Positions 21,259 to 31,845 of a stretch of DNA of 64,000 nucleotides are shown in pieces. The position numbers were made by a program, and so were the translations under genes. The stretch lies in assembly GCA_963716725.1 (NCBI GenBank), contig CAVQUB010000015.1:160001-224000 (forward strand), in the 5' to 3' direction. Under the pieces are notes generated by a model. The model searched no databases and had not been told where the DNA came from. It was given only the letters and a program-made list of their open reading frames with translations. Position 1 is the first letter of the stretch. Every line of letters starts with the position of its first letter. The stretch comes from an uncultured delta proteobacterium. GTDB taxonomy: Bacteria > Myxococcota_A > Polyangia > Polyangiales > Polyangiaceae.

Positions 21259-22895
21259 GTGAAGCGTCCGATCTGGCTCGCCTTGTCCTGCGCCCTGGTC
21301 GCGTGCGCCGAAGCGGCCCCGCCCCCGGAGCCAGCAGCCATCGCTGCCGCGAGCGCAGCCGTCCAGGTGGCGACCGCCGAGCCCACCCCCGCCGCGGCTT
21401 GTCGAGCCCGCATTGCCCAAGCCGAGAGGCTGGCGGCCGAGCCCGGGGCGCCAGGCCTCGAGGCGAAGCGCGGGGAAATCCTCGGTCGCGCCAAGGCAGA
21501 GCCCGTGCTCTTTCGCCGCGCGCCGACGCCCTTGCAGGACGTGACCGGCGAGGTCCGGAGCCTCCGCTCCCAGCTGGCCAGCAGCCCATCACCGGGCTGG
21601 GCGCTGCACGGAGTGTTCAAGACGGTGAGGAATCGTCCGGACGTGGCCCGCGCGCTGCTGCTATCCGAGGGCTACCTGTACTCCGAGGTCCCCAGCCTGG
21701 CCGCCAGCTTCGTCGACGTCATCGAGTTGCATCACCTCTTCCGTGAGCCCGAGGTCACGCTGCAGCGAGGCGGCCAGATCTGCTGCACGCGAGGAAGGGC
21801 AAGAGCTTCTGGTACGAGTACGTCGATGGGCCCGAACGGGGGCAGCGCGCGCGGCTGCTCTTGCTCGACCGGGTCTGGGCCAGCGGCGGCGATCCCGGAG
21901 CCCCGCTGCATCTGGATCTGCGCCGTGTCGTCGCCGAGACCGGCATCGAGCGAGTGCGGGTCCGTCGGATCACCGCAGAGCACGTGGTGATCGACGCCCG
22001 ACACGGCAACCACTGGGTCCCGACCTTGCTCTCGGTCAAGGAGGGCGCCCGGCTCGCCCTCGAGTGCCAGGCCGATCCCGAAGCGCACCAAGCCGAAGTG
22101 AATCAGGCGCGCGGCCTGGCGGTCCGGCGGCTGCGCGCCTTCGACGGCGTGCGTGCGGCCATCGTGGACATGGTCAGCGAGGCGCTGCCCTTCGATGAGC
22201 CGCGCACCGAAGAAGGGCAACAAGACGGCAACCTGCGACCCGCCTGGCGCTGGGCGTACACGCACGGCTGGGATTCGTACACGTTCAACGACGACAGCTA
22301 CATGGTCTTCGACCTCCAGGGGCGCCCGAAGGTCCCGCAGGTGTGCATCGACTTCATCACCGACGCCCTCGAACGCGCCAGCGGGACCTGGTGGGCGGCG
22401 CGCAGCGCGGAGCGCCAGCGCCTGCGTGGTCACGTCGACTTCGACGAGATCGGCATCGAAAACCGTCGCAGCGTCGAGGTCTTCCTGCGCTTCGCGAAGG
22501 ATCGGCCAGAGCTGTTCGACGTGTCGCCGCTCAGCGAGGTCGAGCGCATCAGATTCTTGGACCGAGGCGCATTCTTCACGCACATCGGGGAGCATGCCGA
22601 TCGCTACCTTGCCGGTGACGTCATCGCTATCCACGGGCCGCGCAGCGACGGCGAGAACCACTGGCACTCGTTCTTCGTCTACGACACCGATCCCATCACT
22701 GGGCTGCCGACGCTGCTCGCCAGCAACGCCGGCCGCCCGCGGATCCGCACCTGGGAGGGGGAGATGCGGGCGGCCCCACTGCGCAGCATTCACACCCGTG
22801 TCCGACCCAGGCTCGAGTGGCTGGAGTCGGTGATCCGCGTCGATGCGGCCTCCGCCACCCGGGAGCCCGCACCGCTGATCTCGGCGCCGATCTGA
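21259..22895 (+). CDS. Hypothetical lipoprotein, frameshifted near 21780, with a possible NlpC/P60-like C-terminal domain
   Basis: Lipobox LVAC. The frame switches after GGQI to LHARKGKSFWYEY, which continues into the 21861..22895 ORF. Contains VCIDF and GDVIAI..HWHS. Confidence 0.6.
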
Positions 22896-22897
22896 TC

Positions 22898-25600
22898 ATG
22901 GCTCGGGTCCAGATCTCCGCCGCAGTGCTCGCGATGATGGTCGCCTGCGCGGCCCCTCCGGCGTCGCGGGTGCGATCGTCGCCGCCAGTGGAGGTCGCGG
23001 AGCCGGCCTGGGTGCCTCCGCCCCGCGACGACGGCCGCCTGCCCCCGGGCGCTCGACCCACGCGCTATCACCTCGAACTCACCATCGATCCCCGCGAGAA
23101 GAGCTACGCCGGCCGCGTGCGCATTGGCGTCGAGATCGAAGCGCCGACGCGGGTGCTGGTGCTGCACGCCAAGGGCCCGCAGATACTGACCGCGGCGGTC
23201 AGCTCGCGCGCGGCGAAGCACTGGGCAAAGGCCAGCATGCGGCTCGCGGCGCACGGCAAGGTCGAGCCCGAGGAGCTGGTGCTCGAGCTCGCCCAAGAGC
23301 TGCCCGCTGGTCCGGCGGAGATCGATCTCCAGTACGAAGCTGCCTTCGGTCCGAACCTCTCGGGGCTGTACCGGGTCGAGGAGGGAGGGCGAGCCTACGC
23401 CTTCACCCAGTTCGAGCCGAACGACGCGCGCCGAGCCTTCCCTTGCTTCGACGAGCCGGGCCACAAGGTGCCGTTTCGAGTCTCCATCACCGTCCCCGAG
23501 GGCATGTTGGCGGTGGCAAACACGCCGGAGCTCCGCCGACGCGAGACGCCGTCGAGCGGGCTCGTCAGCTACGAGTTTGCGCCCTCGGAGCCGCTGCCAA
23601 CGTATCTGGTGGCGTTCGCTGTCGGCGCCTTCGAGATCCGACACGGCGCGCGCGATCCCGTTCCGATCCGGCTGATCACGCTGCCCGGAAAGAGCCACCT
23701 GGGCCAGCTCGCCCTCGACGCAGCACGGGACGAGCTGGCGATCTTGGCGGACTACTTCGGTTCGCCCTATCCCTACGCCAAGCTCGACCTGGTGGCGGTG
23801 CCGGAGTTTGGTGCGGGCGCCATGGAGAACGCGGGGCTGGTCACCTTCCGCGAAGAGCGGGTGCTGCACGACGCGGCGGCGGTCTCCCTCGAGGCGCGCC
23901 GTGGGCTCTGGGGCATCATGGCTCACGAACTGGCGCACCAGTGGTTCGGCAACTTGGTGACCATGAAGTGGTGGGACGATCTCTGGCTCAACGAAGGCTT
24001 CGCGACCTGGATGGGAGCGAAGGTGGTCCAGACTGCCAAGCCGGGCTTCCTCGTCGATCTCGAGCGGGTGAGTGACAAGCAATGGGCGATGGGCATGGAC
24101 ATGCTTGCGAGCGCGCGTCGCATCCGGCAACCGGTGCGCGGGTCGAGCGAGGCCCTCGAGGCCTTCGACGGCATCACCTACGTCAAGGGCGCGGGCACGC
24201 TGTCGATGATCGAGAGCTGGGTGGGAGAGAGTGACTTCCAGCGTGGGGTTCGGGCCTATCTCGGGCAGCATCGCTTCGGCAACGCCGAGGCGAGGGACCT
24301 GTTCGCTGCTCTGGGCCGCTCGAGCGGAAAGGACGTCGCAGCGGTGATGTCCAGCTTCGTCGATCAGACCGGAGTTCCCCTCGTCGACCTGAAGTCCAGC
24401 TGCGCAAAGGACCGCCTCAGGATCACGCTCGCGCAGCGCGAGTATCGTCCGCTGGGGCGCGCGGCGGCCACGGCGACCAAGACCTGGCGCATCCCGGTGT
24501 GTCTCCGGCTCGAACAGGTCGACAAGGACGAGCGCGCCTGCACGCTGCTCGACCAGGCGACGGCAGAGCTCGACCTTGCCGTGAAACGCTGCCCCACGGC
24601 GGTGCACCCAAACGCCGACGAACGCGGGTACTACCGCTACTCGATGCCGGCCACGGAGCTGACCGCGCTGGCTTCGCGCCCGCGGCTCACGCTGCGCGAG
24701 AAGGTTGGGCTGCTCGGCAACGCCTGGGCGCTGGTTCGCAGTGGCGATCTCGAGCTCGACGCCTACTTCGAGATGCTGCCGCCGCTGCTCGCGGGGCAGA
24801 GCCCCGTCCCCTGGGATCAGGTGACGGAGTCGCTGCGCGAGCTCGAGCGCGCGCTGGTCTCCGACTCGACTCGAGGCGCATTCGAAGCCCGGGTCCGAGC
24901 CCTCGCGGGCAAGGACGGCAAACGTCTGGGTTTTCGCACGCGAAGCGGGGAGTCCGAAGGCGTGAAGCTGGAGCGGGCGCTGGTGCTGACGCTGCTCGGC
25001 GATCTGGGTGCCGATCCGGGGGTGCTCGCCGAGGCTGGCAGGGTCGCGACCGCGTGGCTCGACGATCCCAAGGCCGCGGACGTGGACCTGGCTCGGATCG
25101 CGGTGCCGCTGGCTGCTCGACGCGGAGACGAGAAGCTGTTCCTGCGGCTCCTCGAGCGCATGAAGCGAGCGGCCACCCCCGAAGCACGCATGTTGGCGCT
25201 GGCCGGGCTCGCGGCCTTCGATGACCTCCGCCTGGTCGAGCGCCTGCTCGGTCACGCTCTCGACGGCACCATCAAGGGCTCCGATCTGCGCTACGTCTTC
25301 CCGCCCTTGTTTCAGCGGTCGCATACGGCCAAACCGACCTACCTGTGGCTCACGCGCCACTTCGACGAGCTCGCGAAGAAGCTGCCCAGCTTCGCGATTG
25401 GGCGCTTTCCCTGGGTTGCCGCCGCGCTCTGTGACGAGGTGGCGGCCCGGGAGGCCGAGGCGTTCTTCGCGCCCCGCCTGCGCCTGATCGAGGGCGCCGA
25501 TAAGCACTTAGCCCAGGCGACCGAGGCGGGTAAGCTCTGTGCCGCGCTTCGCGCCGGCAAGGCGAAGGCGTTTTCGGATCTCTTCGGAGGCAAACGGTGA
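22898..25600 (+). CDS. M1-family aminopeptidase (PepN/ERAP1-like), lipoprotein
   Basis: TQFEPNDARRAFPCFDEP, GAMEN, HELAHQWFGN..WLNEGFA and YVKG; ERAP1_C-like tail. Confidence 0.95.
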   Translation: MARVQISAAVLAMMVACAAPPASRVRSSPPVEVAEPAWVPPPRDDGRLPPGARPTRYHLELTIDPREKSYAGRVRIGVEIEAPTRVLVLHAKGPQILTAAVSSRAAKHWAKASMRLAAHGKVEPEELVLELAQELPAGPAEIDLQYEAAFGPNLSGLYRVEEGGRAYAFTQFEPNDARRAFPCFDEPGHKVPFRVSITVPEGMLAVANTPELRRRETPSSGLVSYEFAPSEPLPTYLVAFAVGAFEIRHGARDPVPIRLITLPGKSHLGQLALDAARDELAILADYFGSPYPYAKLDLVAVPEFGAGAMENAGLVTFREERVLHDAAAVSLEARRGLWGIMAHELAHQWFGNLVTMKWWDDLWLNEGFATWMGAKVVQTAKPGFLVDLERVSDKQWAMGMDMLASARRIRQPVRGSSEALEAFDGITYVKGAGTLSMIESWVGESDFQRGVRAYLGQHRFGNAEARDLFAALGRSSGKDVAAVMSSFVDQTGVPLVDLKSSCAKDRLRITLAQREYRPLGRAAATATKTWRIPVCLRLEQVDKDERACTLLDQATAELDLAVKRCPTAVHPNADERGYYRYSMPATELTALASRPRLTLREKVGLLGNAWALVRSGDLELDAYFEMLPPLLAGQSPVPWDQVTESLRELERALVSDSTRGAFEARVRALAGKDGKRLGFRTRSGESEGVKLERALVLTLLGDLGADPGVLAEAGRVATAWLDDPKAADVDLARIAVPLAARRGDEKLFLRLLERMKRAATPEARMLALAGLAAFDDLRLVERLLGHALDGTIKGSDLRYVFPPLFQRSHTAKPTYLWLTRHFDELAKKLPSFAIGRFPWVAAALCDEVAAREAEAFFAPRLRLIEGADKHLAQATEAGKLCAALRAGKAKAFSDLFGGKR

Positions 25601-26910
25601 GCAAAGAGCGCATCAAATTCCCGGTTCGGATCGGCCTCTTGGGCTGCGGCACGGTCGGGGGTGGGGTGATCCGGCTGATTCAGGACAACCAGGAGTACCT
25701 GACCTCGCGGGTCGGCGCGCCGCTGGAGATCCGTCGCGTGCTGGTCCGCGACGCGGAGAAGGATCGCGTGCCCGAGTGTCGGCGCGAGTGGATCACGACC
25801 GACGTGGACGAGGTGCTGAGCAAGGACATCGACGTCTTGGTCGAGGTGATGGGCGGAGAGGAGCCGGCCAAGAGCCTGATCGAGCGCGCCATCCGCGAGG
25901 GCAAGGGCGTCGTCACCGCCAACAAGCTGCTGCTCTCGAAGCACGGGCCGGGCTTGGTCCGCATGGCCAGCGATCACGGTGTCGATCTCGCCTTCGAGGC
26001 CTCGGTGGGCGGCGGGATCCCCATCATCCGTACCTTGCGCGAAGCGCTCACCAGCGACTGGGTCGAGAGCGTGCACGGTATCTTGAACGGAACCTGCAAC
26101 TACATCTTGACCCGGATGCGCGACGGCAAGGTCGCCTTCGATGTGGCCCTGGCCGAGGCCCAGGCGAAGGGCTACGCCGAGGCCGATCCGACCCTGGACG
26201 TGGACGGCCACGACGCTGCGCAGAAGCTGTGCGTGATCAGCATGCTGGCCTTCGGCGCCAACGTGCACGAAGTCGACGTGCCAGTGGAGGGGATCCGCCG
26301 GATCGATCAGCTGGACTTCCGCTTCGCCGAGCGCTTCGGCTACACCATCAAGCACCTGGTCATCGGCCGCGATCTGGGCGAGCGCATCGCGCTCCGGGTG
26401 CATCCCGCGTTGATCGGAAAGACGAGCGTGCTCGCCAACATCGACGGGGTGCTCAACGGAGTCCTGATCGTGGGTCGAGGGCTCGGCCCCTGTCTCTTGG
26501 TTGGCCGCGGGGCTGGCGACATGCCCACTGCGGTGAGCGTGGTGGCGGACATCGTCGACGTTGCGCGCTCGAAGATCGGCGGGGAGCCGGGGCTGTCGAC
26601 CCGAGGCATTCAGACCGCCGATCGACCGCTCGCGCCCATCACGGAGGTCGAGTCGCGCTTCTACTTGCGCTTCGACGTCGAGGACCGTCCCGGCGTACTC
26701 GGCAAGATCGCCAGCGGCCTCGGCGATGCGGGGGTCAGCATCGAGCAGATGGTGCAAGAAGGCCGCGCCGCCGAAGTCAGCGACGCGGTCCCGGTGCTGA
26801 TCATCACGCATTCCTGCCGCGAAGGGGCGGTGCGCGACGCGCTCGACGCAATCGCTCGCGAGGGTTTCATGCGGGGGCAGCCTCGCCTCTTGCGCATCGA
26901 GGACGTCTGA
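25597..26910 (+). CDS. hom: Homoserine dehydrogenase with ACT domain
   Basis: GCGTVGGG, VTANK, FEASVGGGIP, GILNGTCNYIL, GYAEADP and DRPGVLG. Confidence 0.96.
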   Translation: MSKERIKFPVRIGLLGCGTVGGGVIRLIQDNQEYLTSRVGAPLEIRRVLVRDAEKDRVPECRREWITTDVDEVLSKDIDVLVEVMGGEEPAKSLIERAIREGKGVVTANKLLLSKHGPGLVRMASDHGVDLAFEASVGGGIPIIRTLREALTSDWVESVHGILNGTCNYILTRMRDGKVAFDVALAEAQAKGYAEADPTLDVDGHDAAQKLCVISMLAFGANVHEVDVPVEGIRRIDQLDFRFAERFGYTIKHLVIGRDLGERIALRVHPALIGKTSVLANIDGVLNGVLIVGRGLGPCLLVGRGAGDMPTAVSVVADIVDVARSKIGGEPGLSTRGIQTADRPLAPITEVESRFYLRFDVEDRPGVLGKIASGLGDAGVSIEQMVQEGRAAEVSDAVPVLIITHSCREGAVRDALDAIAREGFMRGQPRLLRIEDV

Positions 26911-26911
26911 A

Positions 26912-27742
26912 GTGAGCGCGGCTCCCCTCGGCGTGTTCGATTCGGGGCTGGGCGGCCTGACCGTGGTGCACGCCATCGCGGAGGCTCTGCCCGGCGAGCC
27001 CGTGGTGTACCTCGGAGACACCGCGCGTGTTCCTTACGGCACACGTTCTCCGGAGACCGTCGTGCGCTACGCCCGCGGCTGCGCCAGCGTGCTCACGCGG
27101 CGCGGAGTGAAGGCCCTGGTCATCGCCTGCAACACCGTGAGCGCCGTGGCCCTGGAGATCTTGCGTGCTGAGCTCGATCTGCCGGTGATCGGCGTCGTGG
27201 AGCCCGGCGCGCGCGCGGCGGTGGCTGCCGTCGAGGCCGAGGCGGCGCGACGCGGCCATCCGGTGAAGATCGGCGTCTTGGGGACCCAAGGCACCATCGC
27301 GAGCGGGGCGTACCCGCGGGCGGTGAGCCAGATCTCCACGCGCATCGAGGTGATCGGTCGGGCGGCGCCCTTGCTGGTGCCCTTGGTCGAGGAAGGCTGG
27401 ATCGACGGGCAGGTCCCCGAGCTGGCCGTGCGTCGCTATCTCGAGCCGCTGCTGGCGGAAGGCGCGGGGGTGCTGGTGCTCGGCTGCACTCACTACCCGC
27501 TCTTGGCGCCCATCATCGCGCGGGTGGCGGCCGAGCTCGCCGGGCACCCAGTGCCCATTGTCGACAGCGCGGTCGCCACGGCTGGCGAGGTTGCCCGTTT
27601 GATTGACGAGGGTCGCATCGAGGCGGGCTCGGCGGCGCCCCGGCTCGAGGTGCTGGTCACGGATCGGCCTCGGTCATTTGCCGAGGTGGCCAGCCGGTTT
27701 CTGGGCGAGCGGGCGCCGGAGATCACGCAGATCGATCTCTGA
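26912..27742 (+). CDS. murI: Glutamate racemase
   Basis: FDSGLGGLTV, PYG, IACNT and LGCTHYP. Confidence 0.96.
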   Translation: MSAAPLGVFDSGLGGLTVVHAIAEALPGEPVVYLGDTARVPYGTRSPETVVRYARGCASVLTRRGVKALVIACNTVSAVALEILRAELDLPVIGVVEPGARAAVAAVEAEAARRGHPVKIGVLGTQGTIASGAYPRAVSQISTRIEVIGRAAPLLVPLVEEGWIDGQVPELAVRRYLEPLLAEGAGVLVLGCTHYPLLAPIIARVAAELAGHPVPIVDSAVATAGEVARLIDEGRIEAGSAAPRLEVLVTDRPRSFAEVASRFLGERAPEITQIDL

Positions 27743-27752
27743 GCGGCCGCGC

Positions 27753-28698
27753 TCACTCCGAGCCGATGGGTTGACCGGGCTCGGTGCCGCACAGGTAGAG
27801 CACCGCCATGCGCACCGCGACGCCCGCCTCGACTTGGCTGGTGATCACACTGCGATCGCCGTCCGCCACGTCGTCGTTGATCTCGACGCCGCGGTTCATG
27901 GGGCCCGGGTGCATGACGATGGCGTTGGGGTTGGCAAGCGCGAGGCGCTCGCGGTTCAGGCCGAAGGTGCGCGCGTACTCGCGCAGCGTTGGCAAGAGCG
28001 CGGCGCCGAGGCGCTCTTGCTGGATGCGCAGCATCATCACCACGTCAGCGCCCTCGAGCGCGGGCTCGATTCGAGTGAATGTCTCGTGCTCCGAGCGCCC
28101 TCGCGTCGTGAGGCAAGAGGGTCAGCGGGCCCGCGAAGCGCACCGTGGCGCCGAGCAGCGACAGGAGCAGGGCGTTGGAGCGCGCGACGCGGCTGTGCTG
28201 GATGTCACCGCAGATGGCGACGGTGAGCCCCGCCAGGCGGCCCAGGTGCTTCTGCATGGTGAAGGCGTCGAGCAGCGCCTGGGTCGGGTGCTCGTGCATG
28301 CCGTCGCCGCCGTTGACGATGGCGGCCCGCGTACGGTTCTTGATGTAGTCCGCCGAACCGGACGCCGCGTGCCGGACCACGATCACGTCGGCGTGCATGG
28401 CGTCGAGGGTGGCGACCGTGTCCCGCAACGTCTCGCCCTTGCTGGTGCTCGACGCGCTGCCGCCGATGTTGACGACGTCGGCGCCGAGGCGCTTTCCGGC
28501 GAGCTCGAACGAGGTGCGGGTGCGCGTCGACGCCTCGAAGAATGCGTTGATGATGGTCTTGCCGCGCAGCGTTGGCACCTTGCGTACGGGCCGACGCGTG
28601 ACCTCGAGGAAGGCCTCGGCGGTGTCCAGGATGCGCAGCGCCAGAACGCGGTCGAGGTCGCGAACGCTGGTCAAGTGGCGTAGGCGCGTGTCGGTCAT
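27753..28698 (-). CDS. pyrB: Aspartate carbamoyltransferase catalytic subunit, with one frameshift near 28087
   Basis: [23 protein letters not shown] and GDIQHSRV are in one frame. [33 protein letters not shown] is in the next. Confidence 0.92.
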
Positions 28699-29243
28699 GG
28701 CGATGGGGCCGTGGGGGGTGAGCCGACTGGGCGCAGTACGACGACGATCCCGTCAGGCCGCTCGAGCACGTCGATTCGATCGAGGGGGCCCACCTCGGTC
28801 GACAGCACCACGTAGTCCGGTTGGATGGGCAACTCGCGCCCTCCGCGGTCCACCAGCGCCGCCAACTCGATGCGCTCCGGGCGCCCGTAGTCCATGAGCG
28901 CGTCGATGGCGGCGCGGATGGTGCGTCCGGTGAAGACCACGTCGTCGACCAGCACCACTCGTTTGCCCTGGAGGGAGCAGGGGATTTGGCTTGGACCGAT
29001 GCGCGGGTTGGGAAGCGCCGTGGCTGAGTCGTCGCGATAGAGAGTGATGTCGACGCTGCCTACGGGTACGTCACGGGACTCCAACTCGTGGATCCAACGC
29101 CCGATCTCCCGAGCTAGAGGCTCGCCTCCACGTCGCACGCCAATCAGCACCAGGCCTTCGGCGCCCCGCTGCCGCTCGACGATCTGACCCGCGACGCGGC
29201 GCAGGCCGCGCGAGACGCCCTCGGAGTCGATCAGCTCGCGCAT
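28695..29243 (-). CDS. pyrR: PyrR regulator / uracil phosphoribosyltransferase
   Basis: [25 protein letters not shown] and [13 protein letters not shown]. Confidence 0.93.
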   Translation of the reverse strand: MRELIDSEGVSRGLRRVAGQIVERQRGAEGLVLIGVRRGGEPLAREIGRWIHELESRDVPVGSVDITLYRDDSATALPNPRIGPSQIPCSLQGKRVVLVDDVVFTGRTIRAAIDALMDYGRPERIELAALVDRGGRELPIQPDYVVLSTEVGPLDRIDVLERPDGIVVVLRPVGSPPTAPSP

Positions 29244-29334
29244 GCGGCTCGGCGATGTAACACGGCGCGGCGCGGTGGGAAACCCGTTCCGGCGCCGCCG
29301 GCGCCGCCCGCTCCCGAGGAGCGGCCACCGGCGC

Positions 29335-29847
29335 TCACTCGCGCGTCGGGGCGGAGCGCAGTCGAGCCAGCGCGGCTCGGAGCACGGCCGCGTCGGCGCG
29401 GTCTCGGTCGCGCGTGCCCCCTTTGGTCAGCAGCAATCCCTCCAAGCCAAGGACGGGGATCGTGCAGCCGTCGATCGTCTTGGTCTCGATGAACGGAGCG
29501 AGTTCAGCCCACGAATGACCGCAGGCCGCGGGCATCACGTCCACCGTGAACTCGTCGTTGATCCGTACCGCGTAGGGACCGGACTCCTCGAACAGTTCGG
29601 GGTTGTCGGCCAGCTCGCGCGCCGCCTGGTCGGGCAGCTCCGAAAGTGCAGCGATCCATCGCGTAGTGTTTTCCGGCGAGGGATCGACCAAGACGTCGAC
29701 GTCCTCCGAGAAGCGAACGAAGCCGTGGGACGCGATGGCATAGCCCCCGATGAGCGCCCACGACACCCCGTGTTTCGCGAACAATTCTGCCAGGTGGACC
29801 ACGTCGCTCCAAGTGGCGGGGCGCGTGTACCCTGGGTCGGTCGACAT
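29335..29847 (-). CDS. Pol-beta superfamily nucleotidyltransferase (DUF6036/AbiEii-like)
   Basis: LIGGYA..HG..RFSEDVDVLV, VDVM and LLLTK..RDRDRAD. ATG at 29847, 4 bp after the upstream stop. Confidence 0.8.
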   Translation of the reverse strand: MSTDPGYTRPATWSDVVHLAELFAKHGVSWALIGGYAIASHGFVRFSEDVDVLVDPSPENTTRWIAALSELPDQAARELADNPELFEESGPYAVRINDEFTVDVMPAACGHSWAELAPFIETKTIDGCTIPVLGLEGLLLTKGGTRDRDRADAAVLRAALARLRSAPTRE

Positions 29848-29851
29848 GCGA

Positions 29852-30079
29852 TCAGCGCCCCGCTGCGACGATGGCGTCGACCGTCCAGCGCTCGCGGTCG
29901 GCGTTGGCCTCGTCGTGGCTTCGATAGAGGAAGACGCCTTTGGGCGCCCGCGTCGTGTAGCGAGCCATCTGCGCCAGGGCCTCGCGCGACGCGCGGGGCG
30001 GCACTTGCCCAATCGGTGACGCCTTCCGACTGCCGACGACGCGCAGAAAAGTCTCGCCCGTCAGTGGGTCTCGAACCAT
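29852..30079 (-). CDS. Small hypothetical protein, probable partner of the nucleotidyltransferase
   Basis: 75 aa with a PKGVFLYRSHDEAN motif; -10-like TAGGCT 7 nt before the ATG; tight spacing to the NTase. Confidence 0.65.
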   Translation of the reverse strand: MVRDPLTGETFLRVVGSRKASPIGQVPPRASREALAQMARYTTRAPKGVFLYRSHDEANADRERWTVDAIVAAGR

Positions 30080-30135
30080 TCGGTAGAGCCTATCACGTCA
30101 CGCGGCTGGTGGGCCGGCGAGCCGGCAACCCTCAC

Positions 30136-30960
30136 TCAGTTCAGCATGCGGCCGTCGGGTCCGCGATCGTCATCGTCGTCGTCATCGTCGTCGTCCTTGC
30201 CGCCGCCGATCACGCGCAGGCCGGAGCGCGCAACGCGCTGCTTTCGCTCAGTGCTCTTGCGCTTCGCCTCTTGTTCGAGCCGCGACAAGCGCACTTTGAG
30301 CCAGAACCGCCGAGCGGGTGAGGGCGTTCCGCCGCCGAAGAGCCACCCCGCGAGCATGCCGCCGAAGGGCGCTATCAACCCACAGGGCAGCTGCTCGAGC
30401 GTGATGACGTAGAGCACGCTCACGCCGACCACGAACAGGATCAGCCCTCGGGAGCTGATCGGCAGGAAGAAGAACAGCCGCACGGTCTGACCTCGGAAGG
30501 TCAGCGCCCACGCGACGCTGATGGCGCCGAGGACCGGCGTCGCCGAAAACCAGTACTCCCCGACCAGCTTTCCGGCGAGGGACTTCGGCAGCGCGAGCCC
30601 GATCAACATCTGGCTCGCGTAGGCGACGAACGAGGACAGGATCAGAAAGCGGATCAGTCGCGCCCCGCCCCATTGCTGCTCGAGGGTGGGCGTCAGGAAG
30701 TAGAAGCCCACCAGCAGGAACAAGATCGAGCCGACGCTGGGCGGGTGCAGCAGCGGCGCGGTGAACAGACGCCAGATCTCGCCCTGCAGGACGCGCTCGG
30801 TGTTGCCCGCGAACAGCCAGAAGACGTCTTCACCCACCCCGCCCCAGTTGAGCCCGACCGCGAAGGCGAGCCAAACCGCGAAGAGTGTGAGGATGACGCC
30901 CCAGAGCGCGCGGCCGGGTCGCGGCAGGCCGGGCATCTGAGCGCCCTCGTCGCGACTCAT
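30136..30960 (-). CDS. Rhomboid-family membrane protein, catalytic residues apparently absent
   Basis: GEIWRLFTAPLLH, LEQQWG, about 6 TMs, and a C-terminal LRVIGGG plus poly-Asp tail. Confidence 0.78.
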   Translation of the reverse strand: MSRDEGAQMPGLPRPGRALWGVILTLFAVWLAFAVGLNWGGVGEDVFWLFAGNTERVLQGEIWRLFTAPLLHPPSVGSILFLLVGFYFLTPTLEQQWGGARLIRFLILSSFVAYASQMLIGLALPKSLAGKLVGEYWFSATPVLGAISVAWALTFRGQTVRLFFFLPISSRGLILFVVGVSVLYVITLEQLPCGLIAPFGGMLAGWLFGGGTPSPARRFWLKVRLSRLEQEAKRKSTERKQRVARSGLRVIGGGKDDDDDDDDDDRGPDGRMLN

Positions 30961-31802
30961 AGCTCGACCAAGAGGTCGCACGCTGCGCGGAGCACGGCGC
31001 CCGAGAGCGCCTTTCGGTAACAGGTCGTGCCCCAACGCGGAGTCGACGCTCCGGCTTCGAAGGCCTCGATTGTGAAGGTGTGGCTGGCGCCCGGCTCGAG
31101 ATCCAAGAAGTCCACTGCCCCGTCGCAACCCGCGCCTTGGCTTGGAGCGTCGGAGGCGTCCCGCTTGGCGGTGAAGACCGAGACCTGACCGGGCGCGTCG
31201 CCGCAGGACAGCGAGCCCAGAGCATCGTCGAGATCCACGCGGATCCCGGTGGCAGTGGCGGGCAGCGCGGTCGCGAGGGGCGCGCAGCCCCGCACGAAGC
31301 GCGTCAGGTACCAGGCTGCCGTCACCGGCCCCTCGGAGGCCGAGCCGCTCTGCTTGCGACCACAAGTCGTGGTCCAACGCGGCTCGACGTACTTGCCCGC
31401 TCCGTCGACCAACTGCCTGCTGCCGGCGCCCAAGGCGCGGAGGTCGTCGCGGTCGTAGACCTCGACCTCGGCGTCGTAGCGGTGGCCGGGGATCACGAAC
31501 GAGAAAGCAGTGGCGCTCTCGCAGCGTGCCGGCGCGAAGCCTCCGTCGGACTGTCTCACCACGCTCGACGGCAGGGCGAAGGCATCCTGCGGCTCCTCGG
31601 CTGTGCCGAGATCGAAGAGAGTGACCACGTAGCTGCGCATGGCCCCGGGCGCGTCCACGCAGGGGATGTCGCCAGCGAAATCGAGGGGCGAGACCGCCAC
31701 CAAGGTCGGCGTGGTGGGGCCGGTGGTTCCGCCGCTCACCGTACAGCCGACGACCAACGCCGCGAACGTGACGAACGCGAAGATCGGACGGGTGCGCAGC
31801 AT
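30957..31802 (-). CDS. Hypothetical lipoprotein
   Basis: Lipobox VVGC, paired cysteines; stop overlaps the rhomboid start. Confidence 0.7.
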   Translation of the reverse strand: MLRTRPIFAFVTFAALVVGCTVSGGTTGPTTPTLVAVSPLDFAGDIPCVDAPGAMRSYVVTLFDLGTAEEPQDAFALPSSVVRQSDGGFAPARCESATAFSFVIPGHRYDAEVEVYDRDDLRALGAGSRQLVDGAGKYVEPRWTTTCGRKQSGSASEGPVTAAWYLTRFVRGCAPLATALPATATGIRVDLDDALGSLSCGDAPGQVSVFTAKRDASDAPSQGAGCDGAVDFLDLEPGASHTFTIEAFEAGASTPRWGTTCYRKALSGAVLRAACDLLVEL

Positions 31803-31845
31803 GGCGAGCGGTTCTAAATCAAGGCGCCGGCACCGGCAACCCCGC

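Noticed and set aside
27753..28698. Programmed frameshifting or a true pseudogene in pyrB, ino1 or rluA
   Set aside because: There are no slippery heptamers, and similar lone indels are scattered through unrelated genes.
29244..29334. PyrR attenuator leader
   Set aside because: I found no PyrR-binding loop consensus or U-tailed terminator upstream of pyrR.
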